Made by a program: the position numbers and the translations under genes. The notes under the pieces are model-generated. The model was not told where the DNA came from, ran no database searches, and saw only the letters and a list, made by a program, of their open reading frames with translations. DNA of 64,000 nucleotides from assembly GCF_006345805.1 (NCBI RefSeq), contig NC_043015.1, positions 682,001 to 746,000 of the forward strand, read 5' to 3'. Source of the DNA: Octopus sinensis (Eukaryota). Positions 30,113 through 42,020 of this stretch are shown one piece after another; position 1 is the stretch's first letter; each line of letters opens with the position of its first letter.

Positions 30113-31418
30113 CATATATACACCCATATATATATGTGTGTGTGTGTATGCCTATATATATGTGTGTGTGTTTATATGCCTCTATATATGTGTGTGTGTG
30201 TTGTGCGTGTAAGCCTATATATATATATATATATATATATATCAATATTTTAAAATTTCTCAGTTATTGTTAGGGTCCTTAAAATTATTCTTGAATTTTA
30301 TTTCTTCTTCATTTGTGCTTCACCATGCCTTATGGATTATTAATTTTCTTCGATGCTACACTTAAGAAAATCCCTATTAATACTAAATTGTGAAAAGTGT
30401 GTCATTCATAATGCACCTTTAATCATCTTTGTTGATTAAAACGGGTAAGCCTTAAATATTCAACTTCAAAGAATACATTTAATGCAATTGTCCACTTGAA
30501 GTGTCCTACATATTTTGTATTCTTATCTTTGGTTTAATCTCCAGCACAATGCCAATTCAAATAGGATACTGAAAATCACTGTATCTCACACATACAAAGA
30601 AAGCCGACATGACATATTCTAAATGATAGTTAATATTATTTGAACTGAAGAATGTAGTATGAAGGAATTGCGACGTCGTCCATTAAATTCCGTAATGTTA
30701 CTATATAAAGTAGCTGGTCTAAGCCAATTTTCTTCCAAACTTTCTTTTAGAGCAGTGGGCTTTTCGCAAGAGTATTGCAAGTGAGATGTCTAATAGAGCA
30801 ATGCAATAAAAAGAAATCCGTTATTTGTCCCTAGTGCTCATGGCCATAAGAAATCATTTGAAAGCTGGATTGTCATAGAGAAGGACATGACCGCAACATA
30901 ATTCTCAAAAGTAGATGAATTATAATAGATTAAATTTATCAAATCAAGGAAATATCCGACAAATTACACGAAGCTAAAGCCTCATATACCTTGAGTCACT
31001 CAATTTGCTAAATGCATTGTTAGAGAGTTCGTAATAGGCTCACGCACAAGCCTACCTACCGTATGAGTTAGCATCAGCAATGTAATCCAAACATGACTCG
31101 ACTAAATTTCTAGAATGGTTAAAAAAAGGATGCTTCTCTAATGACTACTAATTGACATTTAATGAGAAAGGCAGTTACTGTTTAAGACCCGCTAAAATTC
31201 ATTAAATTACTCATAAGTCGCATATTGTTGTTTTAAAAACGAAGTGCTTATTCTGAAATGTTGTCCTATATTCGAATGTTGTCCACACAAACTGGTCGGC
31301 AACGGTGATATATATATATATATAATATATATATATAATAATAAATATTAGGGAATAAATCCAAATTTACAGGGAAAAAATCAGATTTAGGATTAAATCC
31401 AATTTTATAGTAAAATAT

Positions 31419-31661
31419 TATATAATAATAATTAGAGACAAAACCACTATTTTGCAAAACAAAAACAAGGAAAGACTTAATCAATACATAAAATTTTAAT
31501 AAAAAGTAAAAAAACCGCCACTACAATTGTTTCATGTCTTCAAATGACAATCTTCAGGTGGATTTCCGATTTTCAAATCAGTTTATTTTTATTAAAATTT
31601 TATGTATTGATTAAGTCTTTCCTTGTTTGCTTTGCAAAATAGTGGTTTTGTCTCTAATTAT

Positions 31662-31670
<9 letters not shown>
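31419..31670. repeat. Long inverted repeat (about 85-bp arms) enclosing a hammerhead, probably a Penelope-type terminal repeat
   Basis: ataattagagacaaaaccactattttgc...taataaaaa (31419-31505) pairs with tttttatta...gtggttttgtctctaattat (31586-31670). Confidence 0.85.
31518..31561 (-). ncRNA. Minimal type I hammerhead ribozyme
   Basis: Minus strand reads CCAC-CTGAAGA-TTGTC-ATTTGAA-GACAT-GAAAC-AATT-GTA-GTGG: stem I, full core, stem II, short stem III with palindromic AATT loop and GUA site. Confidence 0.75.
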
Positions 31671-31709
<39 letters not shown>

Positions 31710-32129
31710 TAGAAAATAACCACCTTTTATCCATTCAAATATCCATTCAAATATCCATACAAAACATAAATACCAATTGTTTCACACCTTTAATTTATTT
31801 AAGCATAGATCTACTTGTTAACAGCTAGGTACTAATAAGATGCAAATATTCCACTGATTTAAACCGAGGCTACCGGTTATTGCTCAGTGGTCTACAGGTA
31901 GCAGCGAATTGACTGGATTGCCCATATTCAATCCCCTTCGGGACCAGGGCCATGGCATGTCCTCTCCACCAAGATGCCCTGATGTGTAAGCCATGAGTTT
32001 TCGCTTGAGATCATACAGGTTTGATAAGCCTATTCTTCCACACTGGCTCGACAGAATTTGACAGACGGATGCAGTTTTTTTCTACTCATATCCAATTGTA
32101 GCTATGTATGCTACATCGGCCGCTTCGCT

Positions 32130-32275
32130 CAACAAGTATTTATTTTATCAACTTCGAACGTATGAGGAGCAAATTCGATCTCAGCGTATTTTGAACTCAG
32201 AACATAAAGACGGACGCAATAACGCTAAGCGTTCTACTGCATGTTGTAATGATACCGCTAGCGCGCCGCCAAGCA
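32130..32275 (-). mobile_element. SINE family E, diverged
   Basis: tttgaactcagaacataaagacggacg...acgctaagcg matches the reverse complement of family E. Confidence 0.7.
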
Positions 32276-32761
32276 ACGAAAGGAATATCGTTTAATAAAG
32301 ATTAGAACTGAAGCTAAAGTTGAATAGATGCAACTAACCAATATTTTACTGTTTCGGAGAGTTGAATCCATAATGAATATTAAATGGATAGGCAAAACGA
32401 AGGTGACAGTATACAAACTACAAATTCATCACTTAATTATCGTTTACATTCTTTCGAATAGTAGCTGCATAATTTGTACAGAATATTAAAGAATAATTTT
32501 GAGATAGATACATTTGTTTTATTTAGTGCACATATTTGTATGATTAAAATTGGTTCCCACAGAATAATTAAAATAAAGTGTAAATGCCACGTTAATTTGT
32601 TATTCGGCTTGACAGGAAATGGTTCTGCCTTATAATTAACACAACAGCAGTAATTGTTTTTCTTCGTATACGTGACTTGAGATTTACATTTTGTAATCAT
32701 TATTATAGAATCCCATTGGCTGGTGCTTGGAAGACCTCCGGACACACACATATATATATAT

Positions 32762-32821
<60 letters not shown>

Positions 32822-33727
32822 TATATATATATTATATATATATATATGTATGTATGTATGTATATATATATTTTTGTTATTTAGCTTTCTGTCCTTTAGT
32901 TCGGTGAACGATTCCCAGTTGTGTTGATTTTTCTCTTTTATCAGTTTGGTGTCCTTCAAGGAATGACCGACAAAATTTGATTTATTTAACTGTCCACTTT
33001 CGTAAATACATAAACTTCCACCTACACGAGAAATTATGGTTATGATTAATTGTACAAAAGCTAAAAGTTTCGTAGATTTCAGACATATAGTACATGTTTA
33101 GAAAGAATTTTTGGGGACAGTTGGTTTCCAGGCTTTCGGTAAGGAAAGAACATATACCAACAATGTACATAGCTACGCATGATCGACAGTGCTCTACCCA
33201 AAAGTATGCAGCTACGTGCGTGTTTTTGAAATCGTTATTCTGATGATTAAAATAAAGTGTTTTGTCGGAATCTATAAACGTTCAACTTCCGTCATAAGTT
33301 TTAGCGCTTCCTCAAGTTAATAACGCAGGTGGTTACCAATTCGACATTACACTTTAAATTTTTGGTATTTAAATATATGTTTTAAAGTGTGGGTCCATTC
33401 GAGAGAACGTATCCAATAAAGGTACACATATATCTCTTTTCAACTGCCATTCGAAAATTGCATTTAGCAATGTCATTCAAAACAACGACTGTACATGTGT
33501 ATGGTTGCTTATATATGTGGGTGTACATGCGAGTGCTTCACGCGAGTGTGAGTGAGCATCTGCATATATAGCATGTACGTATTTTAGAGATGTTTTTGAA
33601 TATAATTTGGTGCGTATGGGAATGTGTACGTGTGTGTGTGCGTGCGTGAAGATATGTACACGTATACATGCATGGTTGCATATATATGTACATTTATTAG
33701 TGTATGTGTGGAATCTGGTTGCGGGAA

Positions 33728-34062
33728 GTGGCATTGCTCAGCGGTTAGACCGTCCGACTTGCAATCATGAGATAGTTAGTTCGGTTCCCGGAGCGGGATG
33801 TGTGTTGTGTTCTTGAGTAAGATACTTTATTTCTCGTTGCTTCAGTTCACTCAGCTGTGGAAATGAGTTGCTATGTCACTGGTGCCAAGCTGCATCGACC
33901 TTTGCCTTTCCTTTGCATAACATGGATGGCGTGGAGAGGAGAGGCTGGCATGCATGGACGACTGCTGTTCATTTATAGCCAACCTTGCCCGGACTTGTGC
34001 ATCGGAGGGTAACTTTCTAGGTGCAATCCCGTGGATATTCATGACCAAAGGAGGTCTTTTTT
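33728..34062 (+). mobile_element. tRNA/CORE-like SINE, family D
   Basis: gctcagcggttag (A box), gttcggttccc (B box), tgtgttcttgagtaagatacttt (CORE-like). The tail is shared with the reverse complement of 41655-41850. Confidence 0.75.
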
Positions 34063-34486
34063 AACACGATGGACAAAATTTTGTTGTTTGGCAAGATCGG
34101 AATTCTCACTGAAAAGTGAAATAACTAAATATTGTAGAATATGTCTATAACCTACCTTTAGGGGTCTATGTAGAAGCTACCAAAAAGTAATCAACCACTC
34201 GAAGATGTATAATAATAATGTAAGTTAGATGTAATGGCATGTTTACTTTCAGGACTGAAAACCATTAATTAAAACGCTCTTTTACCAAAGATCCAGAATT
34301 TCTGGAATACAAAAAATACAATCGGCATTTCACCATTCATTCCGCAGGATAATTCGCTTTCACCAAACTACTGAGCTCGCAAATATTTGATACATATAGC
34401 ACAAAATATACTGCCTTCATCTCACATTACGAATACAAATGAAATATACGCAGAAATCAAAATTTTCTGCTAATTCGAAATTTTAA

Positions 34487-34526
<40 letters not shown>

Positions 34527-34602
34527 TGAGGGAATATTATTTCTAACTTACAGGGAAAAGTTCAATTTAGAAATACTAAATCAAATTTCACAAAATATAA
34601 TA

Positions 34603-35383
34603 TACTAGCAGCATAGCCCGGCGTTGCCCGGGTATGTAAGAGCCCCTAGCAGGCAACGACTAATCCCAATCTAGACCTTTCCCTCTAGAGAACGAAGGCG
34701 CATGTGTAGGTTGCAATGTCTTCTCTTCACTCCCAAATAACTATCAAACAGCTATCGATAATTCAACCCAACCAATTCCTACCAGGAAGAAATTACATTC
34801 GAGACTTTACCCCCAAAACCGCCACTTCTGCTAATAGCTGCTGCAGCCGCAAGTTATTCGAATACTTTTTTTGTTTACACTTTTTTTATAACTACCAGCC
34901 CAAACGTTTTACCTTAAATGTTTGACGTACCCTAAGGGTCCTCGGACGCTACTTGCAAACTCTTGGTTTATTATAAACTGCTTTTGTCGTGTGCACCAAA
35001 AAACCTTTTCCATTCGTTTGTACAGTTTGGTCACTTTTGACTTTTTCGTTGTTGCCCGCTTTTTTGCCGTTTTTGTACATTTTTATACATTTTGGGATAC
35101 GTACCACACGTGTTCCGAGAGTTAAAAAGTTCGAGTTGCGTCCCTCAGACAGTCTGTAGAAAATGTGTTGCATATAAAAAGCTTAGATTCTCGACCCATG
35201 TCGAATTTATCGATTTTTTTCTCAGAACTGGGGGAACTTTTCAAAATTTTCGCTGCGTTAGTTTTGAATTATGACATTGGGCTATGTGTGTGTCAAGTTT
35301 CATCAGAATCGGTTGGAAGCCGTGGTCAGGGTGAGGGTACAACCTGACAGACACACAGATAGACAAACTGCCGTTTATATATA

Positions 35384-35385
<2 letters not shown>
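34603..35385 (+). mobile_element. Non-autonomous Helentron/HINE (DINE-1/Lep1-like) element
   Basis: Starts actagc...cccggcgttgcccggg and ends aagtttcatcagaatcgg...acagacacacagatagacaaactgccgtttatatata, the characteristic termini of this class. Confidence 0.7.
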
Positions 35386-35415
<30 letters not shown>

Positions 35416-35420
35416 GAATG

Positions 35421-35689
35421 AGAAAAAAACACCTTTTATCAATTCAAATAAAACCCAATTAAATTAGACCATCTAGAAAATTACATATAATAGAAATATT
35501 AAAATTCAAATGACAATAATATACTGATGAGTAAGTAAATTGCAAAATAATAATAACAACGTATATATTTGGTAGAATAACAAATATATACGGTTTTATT
35601 AATCATTGGTATATTATTGTATTACATGTAATTTTCTAGGTGGTGTAATTTAATTGTTCATTCTGAATTGATTAAAGGTGCTTTTTTCT
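35421..35689. repeat. Inverted repeat (about 75-bp arms) with a decayed hammerhead in the loop
   Basis: agaaaaaaacaccttttatcaattc...ctagaaaattacat pairs with atgtaattttctag...gaattgattaaaggtgcttttttct. The loop contains AATATA-CTGATGA...GTA-TATATT. The left arm also resembles 31710-31740. Confidence 0.75.
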
Positions 35690-35730
35690 AACTTATATTT
35701 ATATATATATATATATTATTATTATTATTA

Positions 35731-35781
<51 letters not shown>

Positions 35782-35919
35782 TATTAGTATGGCAATTGCA
35801 CGAAGCTTAACTGTTACTGGTGCTGTGATCGAATGGGACTTTTTAGCCCAGCTAAGATCTACAATGTCTTGTACAAAATTGGCAACTAAAACGTTTACTG
35901 GTAATAGCCGCTACAGTTG

Positions 35920-35967
<48 letters not shown>

Positions 35968-36141
35968 TAATATATAATATATTATAATACCAATTAAGGA
36001 TGAACACGAAAAAGTGGACAGTCAACATGCTAGATATAGACGTCAAATCGCCAATTCTCACAAAAAGTCTATGTTCTCAGATCAACTCAACACAAAACCA
36101 AAACAATAAACAAGTGAAAAATATACGAAATAAATATTTAC

Positions 36142-36208
36142 CCATGTGACTAAATTCAGTTTCGGCTGTTATTTTCCGCAAGGAAAAGTGCAGCCATCAT
36201 CAGCATGG
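36142..36208 (-). ncRNA. Type I hammerhead ribozyme, copy 1
   Basis: Reverse complement of the 36329 motif, with one extra base at the cleavage site (GTCA). Confidence 0.65.
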
Positions 36209-36328
36209 TCCCATATAAAATGTAATTTGCTGTACTAAATGCCAACACGATACCGAAATATCGCGTGCATGGCGTACGGCCTATTACATTTGAAATATAT
36301 ATTTCAAATGTCTCTAATTTATATGGGA

Positions 36329-36394
36329 CCATGCTGATGATGGCTGCACTTTTCCTTGCGGAAAATAACAGCCGAAACTGAATTTAGTACATGG
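36329..36394 (+). ncRNA. Type I hammerhead ribozyme, copy 2
   Basis: CCATG-CTGATGA-T-GGCTG-cac-TTTTCC-ttgc-GGAAAA-taa-CAGCC-GAAA-CTG-AATT-TAG-TA-CATGG. All three stems pair and the site is GUA. Confidence 0.78.
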
Positions 36395-36833
36395 GTAATA
36401 TTTATTTCGTATATTTTTCACTTGTTTATTGTTTTGGTTTTGTGTTGAGTTTGATCTGAGAACATAGACTTTTTGGGGAGAATGGCGATTTGACGTCTAT
36501 ATCTAGCATTTTGACTGTCAATTTTCGTGTTCAGTCCTTAATTGGTATATATAAATATTTTAATCTTCGGATTCTTTCTTTAATATGCCGACCACTGGTT
36601 CTATTGATAAATATCAATTTTTACCCTAAATTTAATGTATATAAATATTTGTTCTCTAACCGATAAATTAACTGCTGCTAACTATTAGCTGCAGGCTAGT
36701 TTTCTCGGGTCTTCATCGCGCCAAAATTAGAGACATTTGAAATATAATTTCAAATGTAATAGGCCGTACTCCATGCACGCGATATTTCGGTATCGTGTTG
36801 GCATTTAGTACAGCAATTACATTTTATATGGGA

Positions 36834-36898
36834 CCATGCTGATGATGGCTGCACTTTTCCTTGCGGAAAATAACAGCCGAAACTGAATTTGTACATGG
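36834..36898 (+). ncRNA. Type I hammerhead ribozyme, copy 3
   Basis: Same motif, lacking one A in stem III. Confidence 0.7.
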
Positions 36899-37140
36899 GT
36901 AAATATTTATTTCGTATATTTTTCACTTGTTTATTGTTTTGGTTTTGTGTTGAGTTTGATCTGAGAACAGAGACTTTTTGTGGAGAATGGCGATTTGACG
37001 TCTATATCTAGCATGTGACTGTCCACTTTTTCGTGTTCAGTCCTTAATTGGTATATATAAATATTTTAATCTTCGGATTCTTTCTTAATATGCTAGACCA
37101 CTGGTTCTAATTGATAAATATCAATTTTTACCCTAAATTT

Positions 37141-37198
<58 letters not shown>

Positions 37199-37650
37199 GT
37201 GGCTTAAATCAAAGTACAAGAATGTTTATTTGCTACATTGTTATTCCATTTTACTTATTACATCTTAGTTGATTTAAGCACATGTAATACTTTCTGTCAC
37301 CTAATTATAGTACGAATGCAATAATTACGGGAATGAAGATATAATTAATACCTGAATGTTTGTATGTAAATCTTTGGCTCTTGTGACAAAACTCATTCAC
37401 TTTTGCATCTGCACAGAGGCAAACTTATTCCGAGTACAATTATACAGGAACACACACATACATGTAGCACTTCGTGCCTGACTCTATACTTGTAAATTTT
37501 CGATGCTCGAAATTTTCCTTTTCCTGAGTCAGGTTGTAACTTCTGCTGAATAAGCATGATATAAATTGTGTATATACCCTTATTTTTATTTCAGTATATT
37601 CTGTTTGAACTATTAAACTTTCACATACGTACTCATCTGTATTAATAATA

Positions 37651-37870
37651 CCAGATTTAGTTCAATGGTACTGGCTAAAGAAATTTAGTAGTTCACATGG
37701 GAAGATAAGGGAACAACTTCAGGATTGCCTTAATGGAGGAATAATATCAGATTGGATTACTAGAGGGTGGACAATACTTTTTAAAAAGGATAATAGCAAG
37801 GGTAATATAGTTAATCATTAGAGACCAATCACTTGCTTACCATTCACGAGGAAGCTGTTAAAAGGAAGCT
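37651..37870 (+). pseudogene. Older R4/Dong-type RT fragment
   Basis: PDLVQWYWLKKFSSSHGKI...DWITRGWTILFKKDNSKGN..*RPITCLP, homologous to the NFWLKYL...EWLTKGKTILIPK...NYRPITCLP segment of the 13106 ORF. Confidence 0.7.
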
Positions 37871-37904
37871 GTTAAGAAAATCCCTGAGGAAAAGTGGTCT
37901 GGTA

Positions 37905-39850
37905 TAGGTATGGAACTGACTTTACAATTTAAGCAGGACCATTTCGACCAGCAGCCTGATCTAATCGATCTCCCGGATGAGACTCGCCTGCCGGTGTTAG
38001 TGGAGGGTAGAAAGCCAAAATACCATATATGTGGGTCTGTAACTCCCTTAAAGGCTTCCTGCCCTAAATCAAGATACATATATTCCTACTATTATCAACA
38101 CTACAAAGACCACAAATTCAAAATCATGAACAAGTGCTCAAGAATCATATACCTACAATCACACCCACTGCCAAATCATGACAAATAATAAGCTACCCCC
38201 CCCCACAAAAAAAAAGTTGTCACTGAGAAACGAGCTTCTTCGGAATAATTTACCTCCCAAGCAAACACAGACTGCAATGACATGGAGAAAGAAGAACTGA
38301 ACGAGCAATGGCTCACGGTGACAAAAGTTGGTACGCAAAAGAGCGGGGGAGAGTACATATACCTACTCCAAGAAATCAACAAAGCCATATTCTGAAACCA
38401 CAACTGCGACACAATTCACAACCACTCTAACAAAAACAACATGACAAAAAAAAAAAACAACTTCAAAAACCATGATATCAACAAAAACTTCAAAAACATT
38501 GACATCAACAAAAACTTCAAAAACAGTGACAGCAACTACAAATTTAAATCACAGAAACACATAAACAACCAATTACAGAACTTGAAAAAGCAAGTATATT
38601 CATCAGACTGCAGACGGCATGTATCCATGAAGTTCATTTTTGTGAACGAGTGCAACGGGGAATTGATGGATTTTGTAAGTCGAAACGAAAACAAAAAAGA
38701 GACAGCGGGAAAGGAATCAACAACCTCCGCCTCGCCTTATGCGATACATCGTAGAAAGGGTTGGCACTCACGCTGGCTTCGAAAGCTTTTGACAGTTTCG
38801 AACATCGCTTAATGCGGCCGGTTTTGGGCACATTTTTAGAGGCTGGATTGCTGTTGAAAGTAAAGGGACACATATCGGAACCATTTAGCGTCGCACGTTC
38901 GGTCCTTCAGGGCTTCCCGCTGTCACCTCTTCTCTATGTGCCAGCTCTCGAAACACTGTTACAGGAATTGGATCAGTTAAAAGGCCTCCACGGACGACGT
39001 CACTGTCACGGTGTCACAAGAATCCGAAGTGGAGACGGGCGGCTCCATTTTAAGAGAATATTAGTCGGTTACAAAGGTCAAAATCAACACCGATAAGTCG
39101 GTGGGCTTCCTACTGGACTCCTGTAGAGGCACATCGTTGTCGTCGGATGCTGCTCTAAAAGACCATTTAAACTGGTAGAGGTTTGGTACGGTCCTGACAT
39201 CCAGTTGGATATGAAATAGAAAGAGATTGGGCACCTTCCTCATTATCCACCCTGAAGGTCTGAGCTGTAGCAGACCCCGATCGGTCCTTCAATCTACCGC
39301 CCTACTCTCAGTTAGTACGTACCTATTTCTTTACTACCCACAAGGGGCTAAACACAAAGAGGAGAAACAAGGACAGACAAACGGATTAAGTCGATTACAT
39401 CGACCCCAGTGCGTAACTGGTACTTATTTAATCGACCCCGAAAGGATGAAAGGCAAAGTCGACCTCGGCGGAATTTGAACTGAGAACGTAATGGCAGACG
39501 AAATACGGCTACGCATTTCGCCCGGCGTGCTAACGTTTCTGCCAGCTCGCCTCAGTTCGTACGTACCTGCCTCGACGTGTGCCGAGATGCAGGCCACCCG
39601 ACTTATCCTGATTAATATATGGTCTTGTCACCGTTTCATGCTTCGTTAGGGTGGTACTGACCACTTCGATTTCCGAGCTGTCCGAAACTATTATATTGAG
39701 GTAGTCAACAAAAGCCGACACAAATCTTTCACACCTTCGTTCACACAGGCTTTCCCTCGAACTTCCATAGTAATTGTTCGAGAGCCAGAACCTACAGAAG
39801 GGGTGAGAGCGGACATCCTTGACGGAGCGAATGGGCGATATCAAACGATT
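37905..39850 (+). mobile_element. Internally deleted Tx1/L1-like LINE remnant (ORF1 knuckle and RT)
   Basis: LPVLVEGRKPKYHICGSVTPLKASCP (decayed CCHC knuckle, 37910-38070), SKAFDSFEHR and RSVLQGFPLSPLLYVPALETLL (38761-39000). Extent beyond 39200 is less certain. Confidence 0.7.
39325..39550 (-). mobile_element. SINE family E, full length, with 18-bp target-site duplication
   Basis: Flanks are ctcagttagtacgtacct (39307-39324) and ctcagttcgtacgtacct (39551-39568). Confidence 0.9.
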
Positions 39851-39853
39851 CTG

Positions 39854-39891
<38 letters not shown>

Positions 39892-39892
<1 letters not shown>

Positions 39893-40350
39893 GAGTGAGA
39901 GAGCAGTGCATGCCATCAAAGTGACACTGGGGTAAAATATACGAAGCCCAATATACCCATCATGACTACCCGTCTGATAAAGGTACACCAGGCACATGCA
40001 TCACAACCATATGTGCGCGGCATGGTGATCTTATATCAAGATAAACAGCACATGACCTTGCAGGTGGGGCCCAGTTAGAATTTTCTTCAGGTTGAGTAGC
40101 CCATCCCGCTCAAACGGTCCCTGAATAAGGGTTGTTTAAGGATGTTGAAAGAACCACCCATGTTTCCAGAGGTGAACTATTCAAACCCTAAAGAATCCCT
40201 CTCAACACATGGCCATGATGCTCCCCCACTACTTCTGCTCGTGATCAGAGATGCACATATCGTCAGCCACAAAGGGACATGCTCAACTGGTTAAGGTCAA
40301 ACAACTGACAAGCAAATCTGTGGTATTGAGCAGAATATTTGCTGTAGCCC
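39892..40350 (-). mobile_element. (AAT)n-associated element, 5'-truncated copy
   Basis: Matches about 17624-18085 and is flanked by (ATT)n. Confidence 0.85.
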
Positions 40351-40386
<36 letters not shown>

Positions 40387-40410
40387 TTACTACTACTATT
40401 ATTATTTTTA

Positions 40411-40486
<76 letters not shown>

Positions 40487-40516
40487 TTATTATTATCATC
40501 ATTATTATTATTATTT

Positions 40517-40709
40517 AGGCAGGTAGCTCGCAGGACAAATTTCAGCATTTCCTCCGACTTTACGTTCTGAGTTCAAATTCCACCGCGGTCGATTTTGCCT
40601 TTCATATTATTAGAGGTCTCTAAATTAAGTACCAGTTGAGCACCAGGGTTGATGTAATCGACTTTTACCCACCCACAAATCTGTTGGCCTTGTACCAAAT
40701 TTTGAAACC

Positions 40710-40710
<1 letters not shown>
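40517..40710 (+). mobile_element. SINE family E, diverged
   Basis: tacgttctgagttcaaattccaccgcggtcgattttgcctttcat...aattaagtaccagttgagcac. Confidence 0.8.
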
Positions 40711-40773
<63 letters not shown>

Positions 40774-40814
40774 GTTTTGATTATTATTATTATAATTATT
40801 ATTACTATTATTAT

Positions 40815-40843
40815 TGAGTGAGAGAGCAGTGCATGCCATCAAA
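40815..40843 (-). mobile_element. 29-bp 3' tip of the (AAT)n-associated element
   Basis: tgagtgagagagcagtgcatgccatcaaa inside (ATT)n, identical to 39892-39920. Confidence 0.75.
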
Positions 40844-40851
40844 TATTATTA

Positions 40852-40889
<38 letters not shown>

Positions 40890-41654
40890 GATATCATCAT
40901 CATCACCATAAAGCAACTCACATATACAAACACTAAACACTGCTCCTTTACTTAAAAGTGCACCAGCATACATCCTATAACCGATATTTACTGTTTCTCT
41001 GAAAACTATTAATTTTCAGGAGTGAAAACAAAATTATTAAATGAAAAAGAATAAAAAAAATTATAACGATCAACAAAAAGAAAAGTGTGGGGGTCATATG
41101 ACAAGAAAAAGGGCAGGCTACAGAATCACATGACTTGCTATCTCTCGTTGAAGCAGTATATTTTCTCAGCTAACCCTTTTATTAACAGCCCTACCCACTT
41201 ACGGTCCTGCTCCTCACCTCTGTTATTACTAAAATATACTTGTTGATGTTAATTTTTTGCTTCTTCGTTCCTTCTCATTTCCTTCTTACTGGTCTCAATG
41301 TTGTTGTTGTTGCTCTTTTATGCAAATCTACGCTTGTTGTGTCTCTAAGTGTTGTCATTTTTTTGTTATTGTTTAATTTCAGGTCAACCCTGTTCGAGTT
41401 TTGAGTAAAAATATTCCGACCTTGACTATTCAGTCTGATTTTTCTGAAACAAATCCACTATCCACTACCGACTATTTCATTTGTGTTATTCTGTATAATA
41501 TCAAAAGTATATGAATAAATAAATATGACGGTGTTGAATGATTTCAGAGATATTTTGCTGCTTGTTTTAAGAAGTTGAGACACAATATAAGCAGTGTTGT
41601 TTCTGCTTTATACATCTCCTGCTGTTCGTTTCGCTCATTGCCTATTTTTGTTGT

Positions 41655-42020
41655 GACCTCGTTCGGTCATGAATGACCATGGGTTTGCACCTAGAAAGTT
41701 ACCCTCCGAGGCACAAGTCTGGGAAAGGTTGTTTATGGAAGACCAGCAGTCATCCACGCATACCAGCATCTCCTCTCCACGCCACCGATGTTACCCAAGG
41801 GAAAGGCAAAGGCCGATACAGCTGGGCACCAGTGACGTTGCAGCTTATTTATTAACGTGCAAGTGGCTGAGCACTCCACAGACACGTATGCCCGTAACGT
41901 CGTTCTCGGGGAGATTCAGCGTGACACAGAGTGTGACAAGGCTCCCCCTTTGAAATACAGGTACAGCAGAAACAGGAAGAAAGAGTGAAAGAAAATTGTG
42001 GTATAAGAGTACAGCAGGGA
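41655..42020 (-). mobile_element. Composite SINE: family B body joined to family D tail
   Basis: 41655-41850 is the reverse complement of the 33850-34050 tail. 41852-42020 is the reverse complement of the 53740-53905 body. Confidence 0.7.

Larger units (their letters stand above)
35990..37143. mobile_element. Hammerhead-bearing repeat: one inverted and two direct copies (Penelope pLTR-like or retrozyme-like)
   Basis: Minus copy at about 35990-36320, plus copies at about 36321-36635 and 36722-37143. Nearly identical apart from indels, and bounded by (TA)n. Confidence 0.85.

Noticed and set aside
30250-31260. Possible Helitron helicase remnant
   Set aside because: No convincing motif in any frame I tried.
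35880-35922. Faint hammerhead-like order on minus (ctgtagcgg...cc agtaaacgtt)
   Set aside because: Too many core mismatches to distinguish from chance.
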